Source: Phyllosticta citribraziliensis (Eukaryota). Taken from it: 64,000 bases of DNA. How positions within the stretch are numbered: the first letter of the stretch is position 1; every line of letters begins with the position of its first letter. The position numbers were made by a program, and so were the translations under genes. The notes beneath the pieces are model-generated. The model was not told where the DNA came from. It ran no database searches and saw nothing but the letters and a program-made list of their open reading frames with translations. Shown here in pieces: positions 37,601-49,156 of this stretch. The stretch spans positions 1,488,001-1,552,000 of the forward strand of contig NW_027117339.1 of assembly GCF_038025025.1 (NCBI RefSeq), written 5' to 3'.

Positions 37601-39881
37601 ATGTCTGAGCGCACCCATCCAACCGAGGACCAAGTAAACAGCGTGTTGCAATCAAAGAAGCGACACCGAGGCAAAGCAGCATGCTACCCATGCAACCAGC
37701 GCAAAGTGAAATGCGACATGAAGTAAACATCCCTAGACTTGGCCCCCAGGAGAAAGATCTGCACTAACGAAAAAGCTTAGCCAACCTTGTCTGACGTGCT
37801 TAAAAAGAGGTCACCCCAACATTTGCACCTACGGCCTCAAGCGGAAGCACTCTCCGGAACCTGGTCATGATGGGACGCCTAAACGCCTCGAGCGCGAGCC
37901 TTCGGCCGCCGCGGCGCCGGGCTCGCCTCAGGTTGCGTTGGATGCTCCTCAGGCTGCTGGAGACGTGGAGAGTCATGCCAATCCGGACTCGTTCTTGGGA
38001 GAGAACGCGGCCGCGCCATATCTTTCTCGTAGGTTGGGCGATGCGGAGGGCACGATCAAAGACGATCTGGTGCCGCTCTTGGGCTTGTGCAATGGGTCCA
38101 ATCAGTATCCGTTTATGAATGAGGGCGAAGGCAGCGATCGCGTGAAAGAATTGAAGAGTACGCTGCCGACGCAGCACGAAGTTGTCAGGTAACGGCTTTT
38201 GTCCAAAGTTCTGACTGCAAGCTGATTGATGTGACCAGATTCTACCATTTCTACCGGTCCATATCTTTTCCACTCAGTCCGATCGTGACTGACATTGACA
38301 CTTTCGAAGTATTCCTCAGTCGTTACCTTGAGGGCTGCGCCGGAAGCGACCTCAGCGTTGCTATCCCTGGCGGTAACCGAGGAGCAGCTCACGTTGGTCT
38401 CCTGCTGGCCATTCTGGCCGTCGGCGCGCAGCTATCTGATCTGAGTGCCCAAGAGAGACGCCGCATCTCTCGAGACTTTGGTATTCGTAGTTTAAACAGA
38501 ATCCGAATCAGTGCTAACATTTGAGCCAGCTCGTCGATCATTCCACGCGCAGCGTCTAGCGAATTTCTTACTCCGCCCCTCGCCAACGAGCCTGCAGGGT
38601 CTGCTCGTCCTGGCCGCTTTTTTGCAAAATGATGGCAATTCGGACGCCGCCTGGAGCCTTCTGGGAACCATTGTTCGACTGGCCCAGAGCATTGGGCTTT
38701 CTCCCTCGTGGGGAGTTGCTCGACGAATATCAGACTCGGAAAAGGAGTCGAACAAGAAGCTCTGGTGAGTGATGAATTCTCGAGTCATCATTCTGAATTG
38801 ACGACAAACACTTGCTGAAATTGCTTGCGAAATCTCAGGATGACTATCCAACAACAAGACACCATCCTATCTCTCTGCTACGACCGGCCCACAGTGCTTG
38901 CCTACTCGCCCCAACTCGAACTCCAAGAACTCGCCACAAACTCCAAGCTCAACTTCCAAGAAGTCATGTGGCGCATCACCACCGCAACGCTGCGCATCAT
39001 GGCGCAAAGGCTCTCGATTCCCAACGCCACCACCATGCACCAGCACATCCAGGAGCTCGAGCAAATCACATTGCACTCGGCAGACCACTTGCGCGACAAA
39101 CAGCACTGCGTCAAGCTCGACCAACGCATCCAAAACCTCGCGATACGCACACACATATCGTTCCTCGTGTCCATCGTCTGCCGGCCGACCTTCTCAAACT
39201 CCGCCCGCGCCGCCCTCGATGAGTCGGAGCAGCAGGCGGCGTACTTGGCGGCGCGAGGCAAGGCGGCGCTCGTAGACGTGCTCAAGGCGTTTCTCGACCT
39301 GCAGGCGCTGACCATCTACCCGCTCAGGTCGTGGGTCATGATCCACGAGGTTCTGAGCTCGGCGCTGCTCCTGGCGGCGCTCGGCGAGACCAAGAAATCG
39401 GAAGAGTTGGGGGTGCTGCAGCAGCGATTGATTGACGTTCTGGCGTCGAACTCGTCAACAGAGGGCAGTAACAGCAGCAACAGCGGGAGTGCACATTCAC
39501 TGTCGTCGTCGCATCTGAGGGCGCTCAGGATTTTGGAGCGATTGGCGCATGGCGAGCCGCCGTCGGGACGGAGCACGACCACTGCTGCTGTTGAAAACCA
39601 GCACCACGAGCCCGAGGATACTGCATCCAGGATCGCGGCTGAGCCATCACAGACCTATATCAATACCTGGAGTGGTGGTGTCTTTGAGGAGTCTGCATCT
39701 TTCCCTGTTAATCTGGATTCATCGCCCCTTGCGTTTCTGGATTCAGTCATATGGGGTAGGTTCCCCCAATTGCAAAGGATTCACTTCGTGGCTGACATTC
39801 ATCACAGAGAGGAGCGGCCTGGATAGTGATGGCGATTTTCTTGAATTCGATCTGCTGAACTGGAGTGGAGGGGCGCAGTAA
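37601..39881 (+). CDS. Zn(II)2Cys6 transcription factor with fungal-specific middle region; SdrA-like by position
   Basis: ACYPCNQRKVKCD-(intron)-PCLTCLKRGHPNIC. AWSLLGTIVRLAQSIGL and QQDTILSLCYDRP. Acidic/aromatic C-terminus DGDFLEFDLLNW. About five introns. Adjacent to pad1/fdc1, as sdrA is in Aspergillus niger. Confidence 0.85.
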
Positions 39882-40397
39882 GCTGCAAGTCCTGCACTCT
39901 GTTTGGGTATTCTGCGGTCTGGTTGTTGGTGGCCATCTAAAGGAACGAACACGCTCGGGGACTGATGGCTCCTCCGAGATTGCGTCCACATGGTTTCGTG
40001 AGTCGTGAACGAATGCTCCTCATCTCTATCCCTTGGGCGTGTTTGAATGCTCCTTGTCCCTCCACATTGATGGGGTTTCGTCTACCCTTCTATCCACGCG
40101 CTGTCCACACACTTGAATCCTCTGTCTCATGTTATCCTCGCAAGTGGGAAGAAGTTCTCCAGGAAGTCTCGGAACTTGCGTTGTTTGAATCCAAGGTAGA
40201 CTTTTTGCAGGATGCCTCTCGAGATGACTGGAGCCTGATACTGCCGCCTGTCCTACTCAAGGGCAGATTCGGATCTTTGGCTGCTGAAGGGAACATTGCC
40301 GTACTCGGAGGCCCAAGTTCTTGTGAAGCTGCCAGCTCCTGCTTTCGTTTTCCGAGATGAAGGACGAATCCGGGTGATCAATGCCTTAGATTTCATC

Positions 40398-41147
40398 TCA
40401 AGCTTTCCGGAAGCTCTCCCAGCGCTCAAAGTTGTCCAGATGGATACCAAAGCAGTCCAGCATCCTGCCCACACTCTGGTCAATGAGATCCTGGACGGAC
40501 TTTGGACGAGTATAGAACGCCGGGACAGGAGGAAATATGGTAGCCCCCGCTCGCTCCAAGAACGCCATATTGTCCAGATGAATTGCGCTGAGCGGCGTCT
40601 CTCTCACAGCAAGAACGAGGCGCCTGCGCTCCTTCAGACAGACATCCGCAGAGCGCGAAATGAGATCATCGCAGTAGCCAGCGCGAACAGCCGCCAGCGT
40701 CTTCATGGAACACGGCACGATGATCATGCCGTCGTGCAGGAAGCTGCCGGACGACGACGGCGCCGCCATGTCGCGCAGCGCGTAGCTCTTGGTCGCCAGC
40801 GCCTGCACCTCGTCCCAACTCCTGTCCGTCTCGTACTTCATCGTTGCGAGCGCCCACTTGGACATGACCAGGTGCGTCTCGATTCCAACTTCGCGCAGAA
40901 TCTCGAGCATCCGGATTGCGTAGACGGTTCCTGTCGCTCCTGTCACGCCGACGACGATGCGTTTTGGCCGGGAATCTGATGATGTTGTAAGGTTTCGGGA
41001 GGCGAGATGTCCATAGTTTGAAGCGAAGTGGTTTGTTTTGGTAAGAAGCGGTGAAGATGTATGAGAAGAAAAGTTTTGAGTCTGCGATGTGGGCGCGAAG
41101 CGCGTGGATTGCCTCGCAAGGCGGATGCACGACCGACAAGTCCACAT
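40398..41147 (-). CDS. PAD1: Flavin prenyltransferase Pad1/UbiX with mitochondrial-type presequence
   Basis: RIVVGVTGATG, ETHLVMSKW, SSGSF, IVPCSMKTLA, RSADVCLKERRRLVL..RETPLS.IHL.NM, PPVPAFY. Likely ATG at 41147; another in-frame ATG exists at 41363. Confidence 0.95.
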   Translation of the reverse strand: MWTCRSCIRLARQSTRFAPTSQTQNFSSHTSSPLLTKTNHFASNYGHLASRNLTTSSDSRPKRIVVGVTGATGTVYAIRMLEILREVGIETHLVMSKWALATMKYETDRSWDEVQALATKSYALRDMAAPSSSGSFLHDGMIIVPCSMKTLAAVRAGYCDDLISRSADVCLKERRRLVLAVRETPLSAIHLDNMAFLERAGATIFPPVPAFYTRPKSVQDLIDQSVGRMLDCFGIHLDNFERWESFRKA

Positions 41148-41264
41148 TCTCAATGATGGCGTATGATATGCGGAAACCAGATTCAACGAAGCGGATTCTT
41201 GTCTTTTTCTACCCCCTGACAGCGGCGAGCGATGTTCGGCGCCGACTCCTGAGTCTTCATTGCC

Positions 41265-41381
41265 TGCCGATGCCGATGCCGATGCCGATTCCGAGGTGGT
41301 GAGACCCGGGACCGGGTCGTTTATTATTCGACACCTTTGGGTCTCCTGAACGGCCCGAACCATGATTTAGACGGGTATCCG
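41265..41381. promoter_or_regulatory. CGG/CCG-rich elements in the pad1-fdc1 bidirectional promoter
   Basis: (TGCCGA)4 at 41265-41288, inverted repeat GACCCGG-GA-CCGGGTC at 41303-41318, CGGCCCG at 41351-41357, CGG-N4-CCG at 41372-41381. Confidence 0.45.
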
Positions 41382-41538
41382 AGCGTCGATTCGTGCTTTA
41401 AAGTGGTGTGCCGGTGGCTTTGAAATGCCATGGCTTGAACTCCACTATAATACTTGACTGACCTCCCCCCAGAACTGCGCAAACAATTTCTCAGACTTGC
41501 TGATTTAGTTACCCCGTTGGAATTAGAGAGGAAAGAAG

Positions 41539-43187
41539 ATGTTTGCTCAACTGACCAAGACGGCGTCGAGACATGCGTACCGACGAACGCTCCCCATGGC
41601 GAGCTCATCAGTCCGGTATATCCATGGAAAAACCTCGCCCCAAGACACGCCAGACATGAATTTCCGGTCATTCGTGGACGCTCTCAAAGCCGATGGCGAC
41701 ATTGCCGAGATCAACTCAGAGAAGGACCCGAACCTCGAAGTCGCAGCAATCATCCGCCGGTCCTGCGAGACGGACGACAAAGCAGCACTCTTCAACAACG
41801 TCAAGGGGGCGCAAGACGGACTGTTCCGCATCCTGGGAGGTCCTGGTTCGCTGAGACATGAGAGCAAGGGCAAATATGGCAGACTGGCGAGGCATGTTGG
41901 TCTGCCACCGGACGCCAACATGCGACAAGTCTTGGACAAGATGCTGTCTGCGAAGGGAGCGGAGCCAAAACCACCGCGGGTAGTCGAGACGGGAGCCTGC
42001 AAGGAGAACAAGCTGTTTGGCGACCAAATCGATCTTGAGAAGCTTCCGACGCCGCTCATCCACAAGAGCGATGGTGGAAAATACATCCAGACGTACGGCA
42101 TGCACGTCTTCAAAACTCCCGACGGCAAGTGGACCAACTGGTCCATTGCACGCGCCATGGTACATGATAAGAACCATCTCGTTGGGCTCGTCATCCCGCC
42201 GCAGCACATCTGGCAGATTTGGGACATGTGGAGGAAGGAGGGCAAAGACGTGCCGTGGGCGCTGGCGTTTGGTGTGCCACCTGCAGCAATCATGGCCTCG
42301 AGCACGCCGATGCCAGAGTCCGTCAGCGAGGGAGAGTATGTCGGTGCCATGACTGGGACTGCCATTGATGTGGTCAAGTGCGAGACCAACGACCTGTTCG
42401 TTCCGGCCAACTCGGAGATTGTGCTTGAGGGAACGCTGTCGACGACAGAAACAGCTTCAGAGGGCCCATTTGGCGAAATGCATGGCTACGTCTTCCAGGG
42501 AGACTCGCATATGTGTCCAAAGTAAGTCTTTTGGCAGTTGTGCAATCTGTATCTCGAGTTAACTCTTCTCCCAGGTTCAAGGTGGACTGCATAACTCACC
42601 GCAACGACGCCATCCTGCCCGTCTCATCATGTGGCAAATTGACCGACGAAACCCATACCATGATCGGCTCTCTCAACGCTGCGGAGGCACGCCAGCTGTG
42701 TCAGGAGAGCGGTCTTCCCATCACAGACGCCTTCATGCCCTTTACTTCTCAAGTAACATGGATGGCGTTGAGAGTGGACACCGCCAAGCTGAGGGACATG
42801 AAAACAGACTCGAAGACTTTCAGCAAGCGCGTTGGCGATCTCATTTTCAACAACAAGGTCGGATACACGACTCACCGCATCATCCTGGTCGGCGACGACA
42901 TCGACGTGTATGACGACAAAGCGGTCATGTGGGCCTTCAGCACAAGGTGCAGGCCTCACGATGATGAAATCTTTTACCACGACGTCAGGGCTTTCCCTTT
43001 GATCCCGTACAATGGTCACGGGGCCCACGACAAGGTGAAGGGGGGAAAAGTCGTCAGTGATGCGCTGATGCCAGTCGAATACACGACAGGCAAGAACTGG
43101 GAGGCTGCTAGCTTCGAAGAGAGTTACCCCGAGGAGGTGAAGCAGAAAGTACTTTCGGAGTGGCGTGCCATGGGCTTCGAACAGTAA
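41539..43187 (+). CDS. FDC1: prFMN-dependent cinnamic/ferulic/sorbic acid decarboxylase Fdc1 (UbiD family)
   Basis: [70 protein letters not shown]. Intron 42522-42574. Confidence 0.96.
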
Positions 43188-43581
43188 TGTTGCGTTGGAA
43201 TAGATTTCGATTATAACATGAATTCCATTGAGATTGGTTAGCAGAATTTTGACGAAGAGTTCCCAGCGTCTTTGGTAATCAAGGCTTAGCAATAAGTGAC
43301 AGCAAGCGATTTTGGGAGTTTCCGCCAGTAGGAGTTTGAATGCTCCCTTTCTCCCGTTCTCCTTTTTTCTATCTCCAATATATGCTTGAATACGGTTCAG
43401 TAGTCTGGCCCCCGGTAGCTCGAGTGATGTTAAACATAGCGTACAGAGCGGAGAGATAGACTCTTGCTTCTGATGATTGTAAGCTTAGCCGTTCAGGACA
43501 AATCAATCGAGATGGCTCACATCGACAAGGACAGTAACTCATCCTGTAGCATCGCACTCCTCTCGGCGATAACCCCTCTTC

Positions 43582-44676
43582 TTAAACAAGTCGATTCCGA
43601 ATTTCCTCGCCCGCCAGGTGTCTGCGCAAGTTTTCCACCGTTTGCGGCCACCAATCGCGGAACGTCTTTTCGCTGGCATACCCAGAATGTGGTGTCAAAA
43701 TCACTTCGCTCTTCCCCTCGGACGCACCCCAATTTGTCGTGCGCCACTTGCTGTCCTTGGGCAACGGCTCATCCCAAAACACGTCCAAGCCTGCGCCACG
43801 AATCTTTCCTTGGTCCAGAGCCTCGTACAATGCGTCCTCGTCGATTAATGGACCGCGCGACGTATTTATGAGCAAGGCAGACGGCTTCAACAACGCAAGC
43901 TCGTTAGCACCGACGATGCCCCTCGAGCGATCAGAAAGGACGTAATGTAAGCTCAGGATATCCGCCTCCTTCAACAGGGCCTCCTTAGACGGAGCGACTT
44001 GGAAAGCACCCTTTGGAAGACCGCTCTCTTTGGCATGGCGGTCCGCCTCCTCTTGAGTCAAGTGTACGCTCCATGCCAAAACGCGCATGCCGAAAACTGA
44101 GTACGCGATCTTGGCGGACTCGGTTCCCAGTTTTCCCAGACCTAAGGATGCGAAAGTCTTGCCCCCTAGGTCGACGTGAAGCGGTAGTTCGTGCTGCCAG
44201 CCACCTTGCTTCACGATTCGATCATCGCGCGTAACAGTGTTTGTGAGAGCCAGTATGAGAGCCCAATTGTGTTGGGTGGTGTGAGCGGGCGCCTTTGGCA
44301 CATCTGGGTCTGCTGGCTCGGCTTGGACGGGCTTCGTCCCCGCGACAATGATTTCCGATTCTTTGAAGGCGTCCAGGTCCAGCGCGAGGTTACGCATACC
44401 GGTTGTGAGCAGCAGGCGGAGGTTTGGTAGCGCGGCGACTATCTCTCGGGGGAAAGGCGTTCGTTCCCGTATGGTAGAAATGACCTCAAATGGTCGGAGG
44501 CGCTCGATGAGCTCCTGGGGATTCTTCTTGGGGTCAATGGTATCCGGAAAATAGGATACGTCAAGATCCGATAGAGGAATGTCTCGAAGGTACTGCGGTG
44601 CGTGGTCTTGCCAGTCGTCGAGAATCGCAAGCTTGACAGGCCGATCGAACTTTGTGGGCGAAGTTATCGTGGACAT
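43582..44676 (-). CDS. D-isomer-specific 2-hydroxyacid dehydrogenase
   Basis: LAILDDWQ, RERTPFP, LLTTGMRN, LGLGKLG (Rossmann fold), INTSRG, DVFWDEP, TPHSGY (Arg/Glu/His catalytic residues). No introns; ATG at 44676. Confidence 0.9.
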   Translation of the reverse strand: MSTITSPTKFDRPVKLAILDDWQDHAPQYLRDIPLSDLDVSYFPDTIDPKKNPQELIERLRPFEVISTIRERTPFPREIVAALPNLRLLLTTGMRNLALDLDAFKESEIIVAGTKPVQAEPADPDVPKAPAHTTQHNWALILALTNTVTRDDRIVKQGGWQHELPLHVDLGGKTFASLGLGKLGTESAKIAYSVFGMRVLAWSVHLTQEEADRHAKESGLPKGAFQVAPSKEALLKEADILSLHYVLSDRSRGIVGANELALLKPSALLINTSRGPLIDEDALYEALDQGKIRGAGLDVFWDEPLPKDSKWRTTNWGASEGKSEVILTPHSGYASEKTFRDWWPQTVENLRRHLAGEEIRNRLV

Positions 44677-45325
44677 TTTGTAGAAGTGACAATTGGTAAA
44701 GTGGGCGAAATAGTGCTCAGTGAAGGCAAGCCAAGGAAGCGCGGAAGTACCTTTGTTGTAAAAGAAAGAAGATTTGAGAGGAGAGTGAAGGCATGTTTGC
44801 TGTAAAGCCGTCGCAAAGTGGGGTAAAGATTCACCCGCGGGGAAGATGACGTGACGCCAGGTACGGAACACGGCACGGAAGGGTACCGGTAACTTCGCAT
44901 TGTGATCGCCGTAGCATGTTAGGATGGCCGATTTCATCTTGTGCCGATAGCTTGACTTGTCTGCGACCTGCGCCTAGAAACCCTGTAACACTGTAAGTCT
45001 TCGATTAAGTCGAAACAGCGAGTTAGCCGCATCAAGATCTTGGACCACACTGGCCCAGAAGAAGAAATGGCTGTTGGATCATGGAGTTCATCCGATTCGA
45101 CAAATTGATGCTAGCGAGTCCAACAAAATTAATGAGATTTAAGACTGCCGTGGTTGTTGAGGACTCAAAGATTCTTAGTGGTAGTCTTTCGCGATGCTCA
45201 AGATGGCACATGTGAACAAATTTGGTGGGAATGGACAACATCAAAGATGCCGTCAGTCGTATGCCAATTTTGTCTTCGGAAATGCGTATTGGGAATATGC
45301 AAAGGGAGGGTCATCAAGTCGATTC

Positions 45326-45898
45326 TCAGCTTTTCGCGTGAACACATAGGCCTATGCCTCCAAGAACCAACGCCATACCTATCCAAGTGTCTGGGGGACA
45401 GTATTAGCTTCGAAAGAAAATCGAAGGAACCCAGGCCATCTTACCTCTTGATATCACTTTGCCCTCTGCCCACCATTCGCCAAGAACGGTGAAAAGGAAA
45501 GCCAGCGAGTTCGTAATTGGCACAGTCAGGCTCAACTCTGGAGGTTTATTAGAATCGGTAACTGTTTGAGTTTCCAGGATCTTGGTAGACTTGCCAGCTT
45601 TTCCTATCAGCAAGAAGAACCAAATGGAGCCAGTCACATTCAACAACAACGGTACTGCATACGCCGGCCTCCTCAGCAGATCAATTACCGCAAATATTAC
45701 TCCCCAAATCTTTCTCTTCAGCCAAGGCACGTTTGGATCAGATAAATATGGACGTGTAGGTGGTGTGTAGTTGACGGCGGCGCGCCTCATGAATGGCGTT
45801 GTAAGACCCCATGCTGCGCCAACGAGCAAGAAGCCAAGGATCCAGCGGAAGATGGAGGGCTGTGCTTCTGGAGGGGATGGCGAAGATTCTGGGTCCAT
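45326..45898 (-). CDS. TMEM234-like small membrane protein (DMT/EamA-like superfamily)
   Basis: LVGAAWGLTTPFMRRA, YAVPLLLNVTGS.WF, ELSLTVPITNSLAFLFT, and a last exon TWIGMALVLGGIGLCV. Two introns. Confidence 0.85.
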
Positions 45899-46129
45899 GG
45901 TGAAGATGACGAAAAACACCAAACGAGGGACGGACAATAAGCTGAAGATGCAAGTGCTGTTGTCAGGTTGCGATGATGGCGCAAAGCAGATCCGGGGTAC
46001 CTGAGGGTGGAGCGGTGGCCAAGGCGGTAGGTGGGCAAAACGTCGCGCTGGGATGGCCCTTAGAAAAATATCGTCCACGGACAAACTACCACTTTCACCA
46101 ACACCACTTACGCCTTGCACACGACCGCA

Positions 46130-47808
46130 ATGGCTGCCGAAGTGCAACGGCTACAACCCGTCAAGCTGCCCGCGGGGCCAGCTTCCCTCACTCCCGAACA
46201 AAAATACTGGCAGACTTTTTCGTCGCAAGTGCTGCTCCCATCGCCGCACTCGTCACCCGTCACAAGCATCTCTGCACCCTCGTTCGTCGCCTCTTCGACC
46301 CAACTCGCACCGCCCGAGACCTTCGCCGTCACCTCCGGAAATCGGGTCCAAGTTCTCAGCAGCCGCACGCGCAAGGCCGTCAAGACCATCTCGCGATTCG
46401 GCGTCGACGATCGTGCACACTCTGGCGACATCCGACGCGATGGCCGCGTCCTCGTGGCTGGTGGCGACTCGGGCGCCATCCAGGCGTTCGACATCAACTC
46501 GCGTGCCATTCTCAAGACGTGGAAGGAGCACCAACAGCCCGTGTGGGTCACCAAGTGGAGTCCGGCGGAACTGACGACGCTCATGAGCGCGTCCGACGAC
46601 AAGACTGTGAGGCTGTGGGATCTGCCGTCGGATGCCAGTACGCAAAAGTTTTTGGGGCATCAAGATTACGTCCGATGTGGTGGTTTCATGCCGGGGCAGG
46701 CGGATCGCATATTGTACTCGGGTAGCTACGACCAGACCGTACGGCTTTGGGATCCCAGAATAGGCAGCAAAGCAGTCATGGTCTTCAAGCATTCGGCGGC
46801 AATCGAAAGCGTGCTTCCTCTTCCTTCTGGCACGACGCTGCTCGCGTCGGCAGAAAACACGGTGTCTGTGCTGGACCTCGTCGCAGGAAAGCCGCTTCAG
46901 CTGCTCAAGAACCACCAAAAAACCGTCACAAGTCTCGCGCTGGCCAGCAATGGAGAAAGAGTGCTCAGCGGTGGACTGGACGGACACGTCAAGGTCTTCG
47001 AGACTACGGGATGGAACGTCGTGGCCGGCTTCAAGTACCCCTCGCCCATTCTCTCGCTCGGCGTCATCGCATCGGGCGCCAATCGCGAGGACAAGCACTT
47101 GGCTGTCGGAATGGAAAACGGGCTGCTGTCGCTGAGGACGCGCCTGTCGGGCCAGCAAAAGGAGCAAGCGCGAGAGCGGGAAAAGGAAATGAAGGCGTTG
47201 ATGGAGGGCAAGATTGAGGAGTTTGACCGCAAGAGGAAGCGCGGCAAGGGCTGGGAGAAGAGGCTCAGGGGCCGCGACTTCACGGGCGAGGGGGCCGACA
47301 TTGTCGTCGATGGAAACCAAAGAGGCAAGATTCGGAACTCGACCAAGTGGGAAAGCGCGCTGCGGAAAGGACAGTACGAGAGGGCGCTGGACTTGGTGCT
47401 TGAAGCTTCGGTTTGTCCAACCCCATTTCAGCATGATCAAGCATGGAAGAATGCTAACAAGGACGACGACAGAATACCTCCAAACAAGACACGCTGACGC
47501 TTCTCACTGCGCTGCGGCATCGCTCGGCTCTTCGCACTGCGCTCAAAGGTCGCGACGAGCTGACGCTCCAACCCATCATCAAGTGGCTAGTCCGCAACAT
47601 GAGCGACCCGCGCCACGTGCAGCTCGCCACCGACGTGGCGTTTGTGCTGCTGGATCTGTACGGCGAGGAGATGGGCCAGAGCCCGGAGATCGACGCCCTC
47701 GTCGATCGCCTCCATGAGACGGTCAGGCGCGAGGCCGAAATCAGCCAGCAGGCTTGGGCCACCAAGGGTATGTTGGACATGCTCACTGCGGGAACCGGTG
47801 CGGCTTAG
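46130..47808 (+). CDS. UTP15: U3 snoRNA-associated WD40 protein Utp15
   Basis: TPEQKYW, R.DGRVLVAG, HQDYVR, SGSYDQTVRLWD, NHQKTVTSL, GLDGHVKVF. After intron 47411-47472: TALRHRSALRTAL.GRDE. Confidence 0.93.
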
Positions 47809-48069
47809 GCTTCTCCACAAGGCACAATTGCAAGGCAAAGGCGTTATCTGCATAGCGGCGGCGTTAAGGGTTTGGGGACGGTCTCTGGGTCAATACCAAG
47901 CTGTGGCGGGGAAAAGTTTTGGTTGAGTCGAGCAAATATCACAAATGTCTTATCGACTTGGATTGTCAAATACATGATCAAATGTGGAATTTTGGGCGTG
48001 TGCCTGTTGTTACATTCAGATCCTCGCATTCATGACGGCCATACTTTTCCATCCCGAAATGTGTGAAAT

Positions 48070-49156
48070 CTACCACATGACATGCTGGCGCTGGGTGGGA
48101 ATCACTCTGTCGGGCAGGTGGACCCAAACCTTGCGGTTGGCCTTCTTTTCTTCCCTCTCCTTGTATTCCCTGATTCTCGTGGCTTCCTCCTTGAGTTTGA
48201 TCGAGATACCTAGAACCGGTCAGTATTCTTGATTTTCAAAATGTTGAACATGGGAACATACTTGTCGATGGCAAGCGCATGACGTTGACTCTGCCTCTGG
48301 CCCGGTAGTCGTATGCTCTGCCATACTCGCCGCGTCCAACCCATGCCTGGTCAACATACAGATTGGTCTTGTCGGTAACGAGCTTTTTCTTGCCGTCCTT
48401 GAGCCTGATGGCGGTCGGCGAGCCGGAGGTGCCTTCGACCTTGCCCAAACCCATGCCTCTGCTCACAACGGCGTGGTCGCGAGCATACTCGAGGTGCTGA
48501 AGAATGTCCTGGGCCGCCTTCTTCTTGCTAAAGCGCATCTGCAACAAAGCCTCATCGAGCGACTTGCCGGCAATCTGGCGCGCCAGCATGTTCAGCTTCT
48601 TGACGCTGGTCTTGATCCACGGACTCTTGACCAAATCTTCGCGCTCCGTCCGCTTAATCTGCTGGGCGCGCGTCAGACGCCCGCGCTTGCGCACCTCGCG
48701 AATAACCATTTTTCGTTCCCAGCGCATGCGTTGCTCTGGCTTAGGATCCAGCGCCATGGCCATGGCTTGCCGGTTGCGCTCCTTTTTGGCAGCGCGTCGC
48801 TCCTGCTCTTCCTTTGATCTCTCCTTGGGCTGCTTGGAGCCATCGTCGAAAATGGAGGTCGGGGCCAGGTCGCCCTTGGGTCCTGGTTGTTCCTGGCTGC
48901 CGGGTTGTTTCGAGTGCTTCTTTTTGAGGTAGTCGTCGAGGATGGGGTTGGAGGAGCCTTGGATCGACTTGGCTTCGGAGTCCTTTTTGCTCTTGGACCT
49001 GAAGAGGTTTCCGAACGACCATGCATTGCGCCGCGGCTGGTGTGAAAGAGAGACGGCTGGACAAAGTCAGCGTCGAGTGATGGGTGTTGAGTTGGATCAA
49101 TTGGTGGACGACTGACCTGGCTGGAGCAGCCGCCTCGCTGGCAGCCGTACGCTCAT
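48070..49156 (-). CDS. MRPL22: Mitochondrial ribosomal protein uL22m
   Basis: Presequence-like MSVRLPARRLL. RWERKMVIR, SVKKL..LARQIAGK, QMRFSKKK, YVDQAWVGRG, RARGR, and a final exon KLKEEATRIR...KVWVHLPDR. Two introns. Confidence 0.9.

Noticed and set aside
44677..44937. 87-aa N-terminal extension of the 2-hydroxyacid dehydrogenase in the ORF track
   Set aside because: It looks like promoter/UTR sequence. The ATG at 44676 has a good context and directly precedes the conserved domain.
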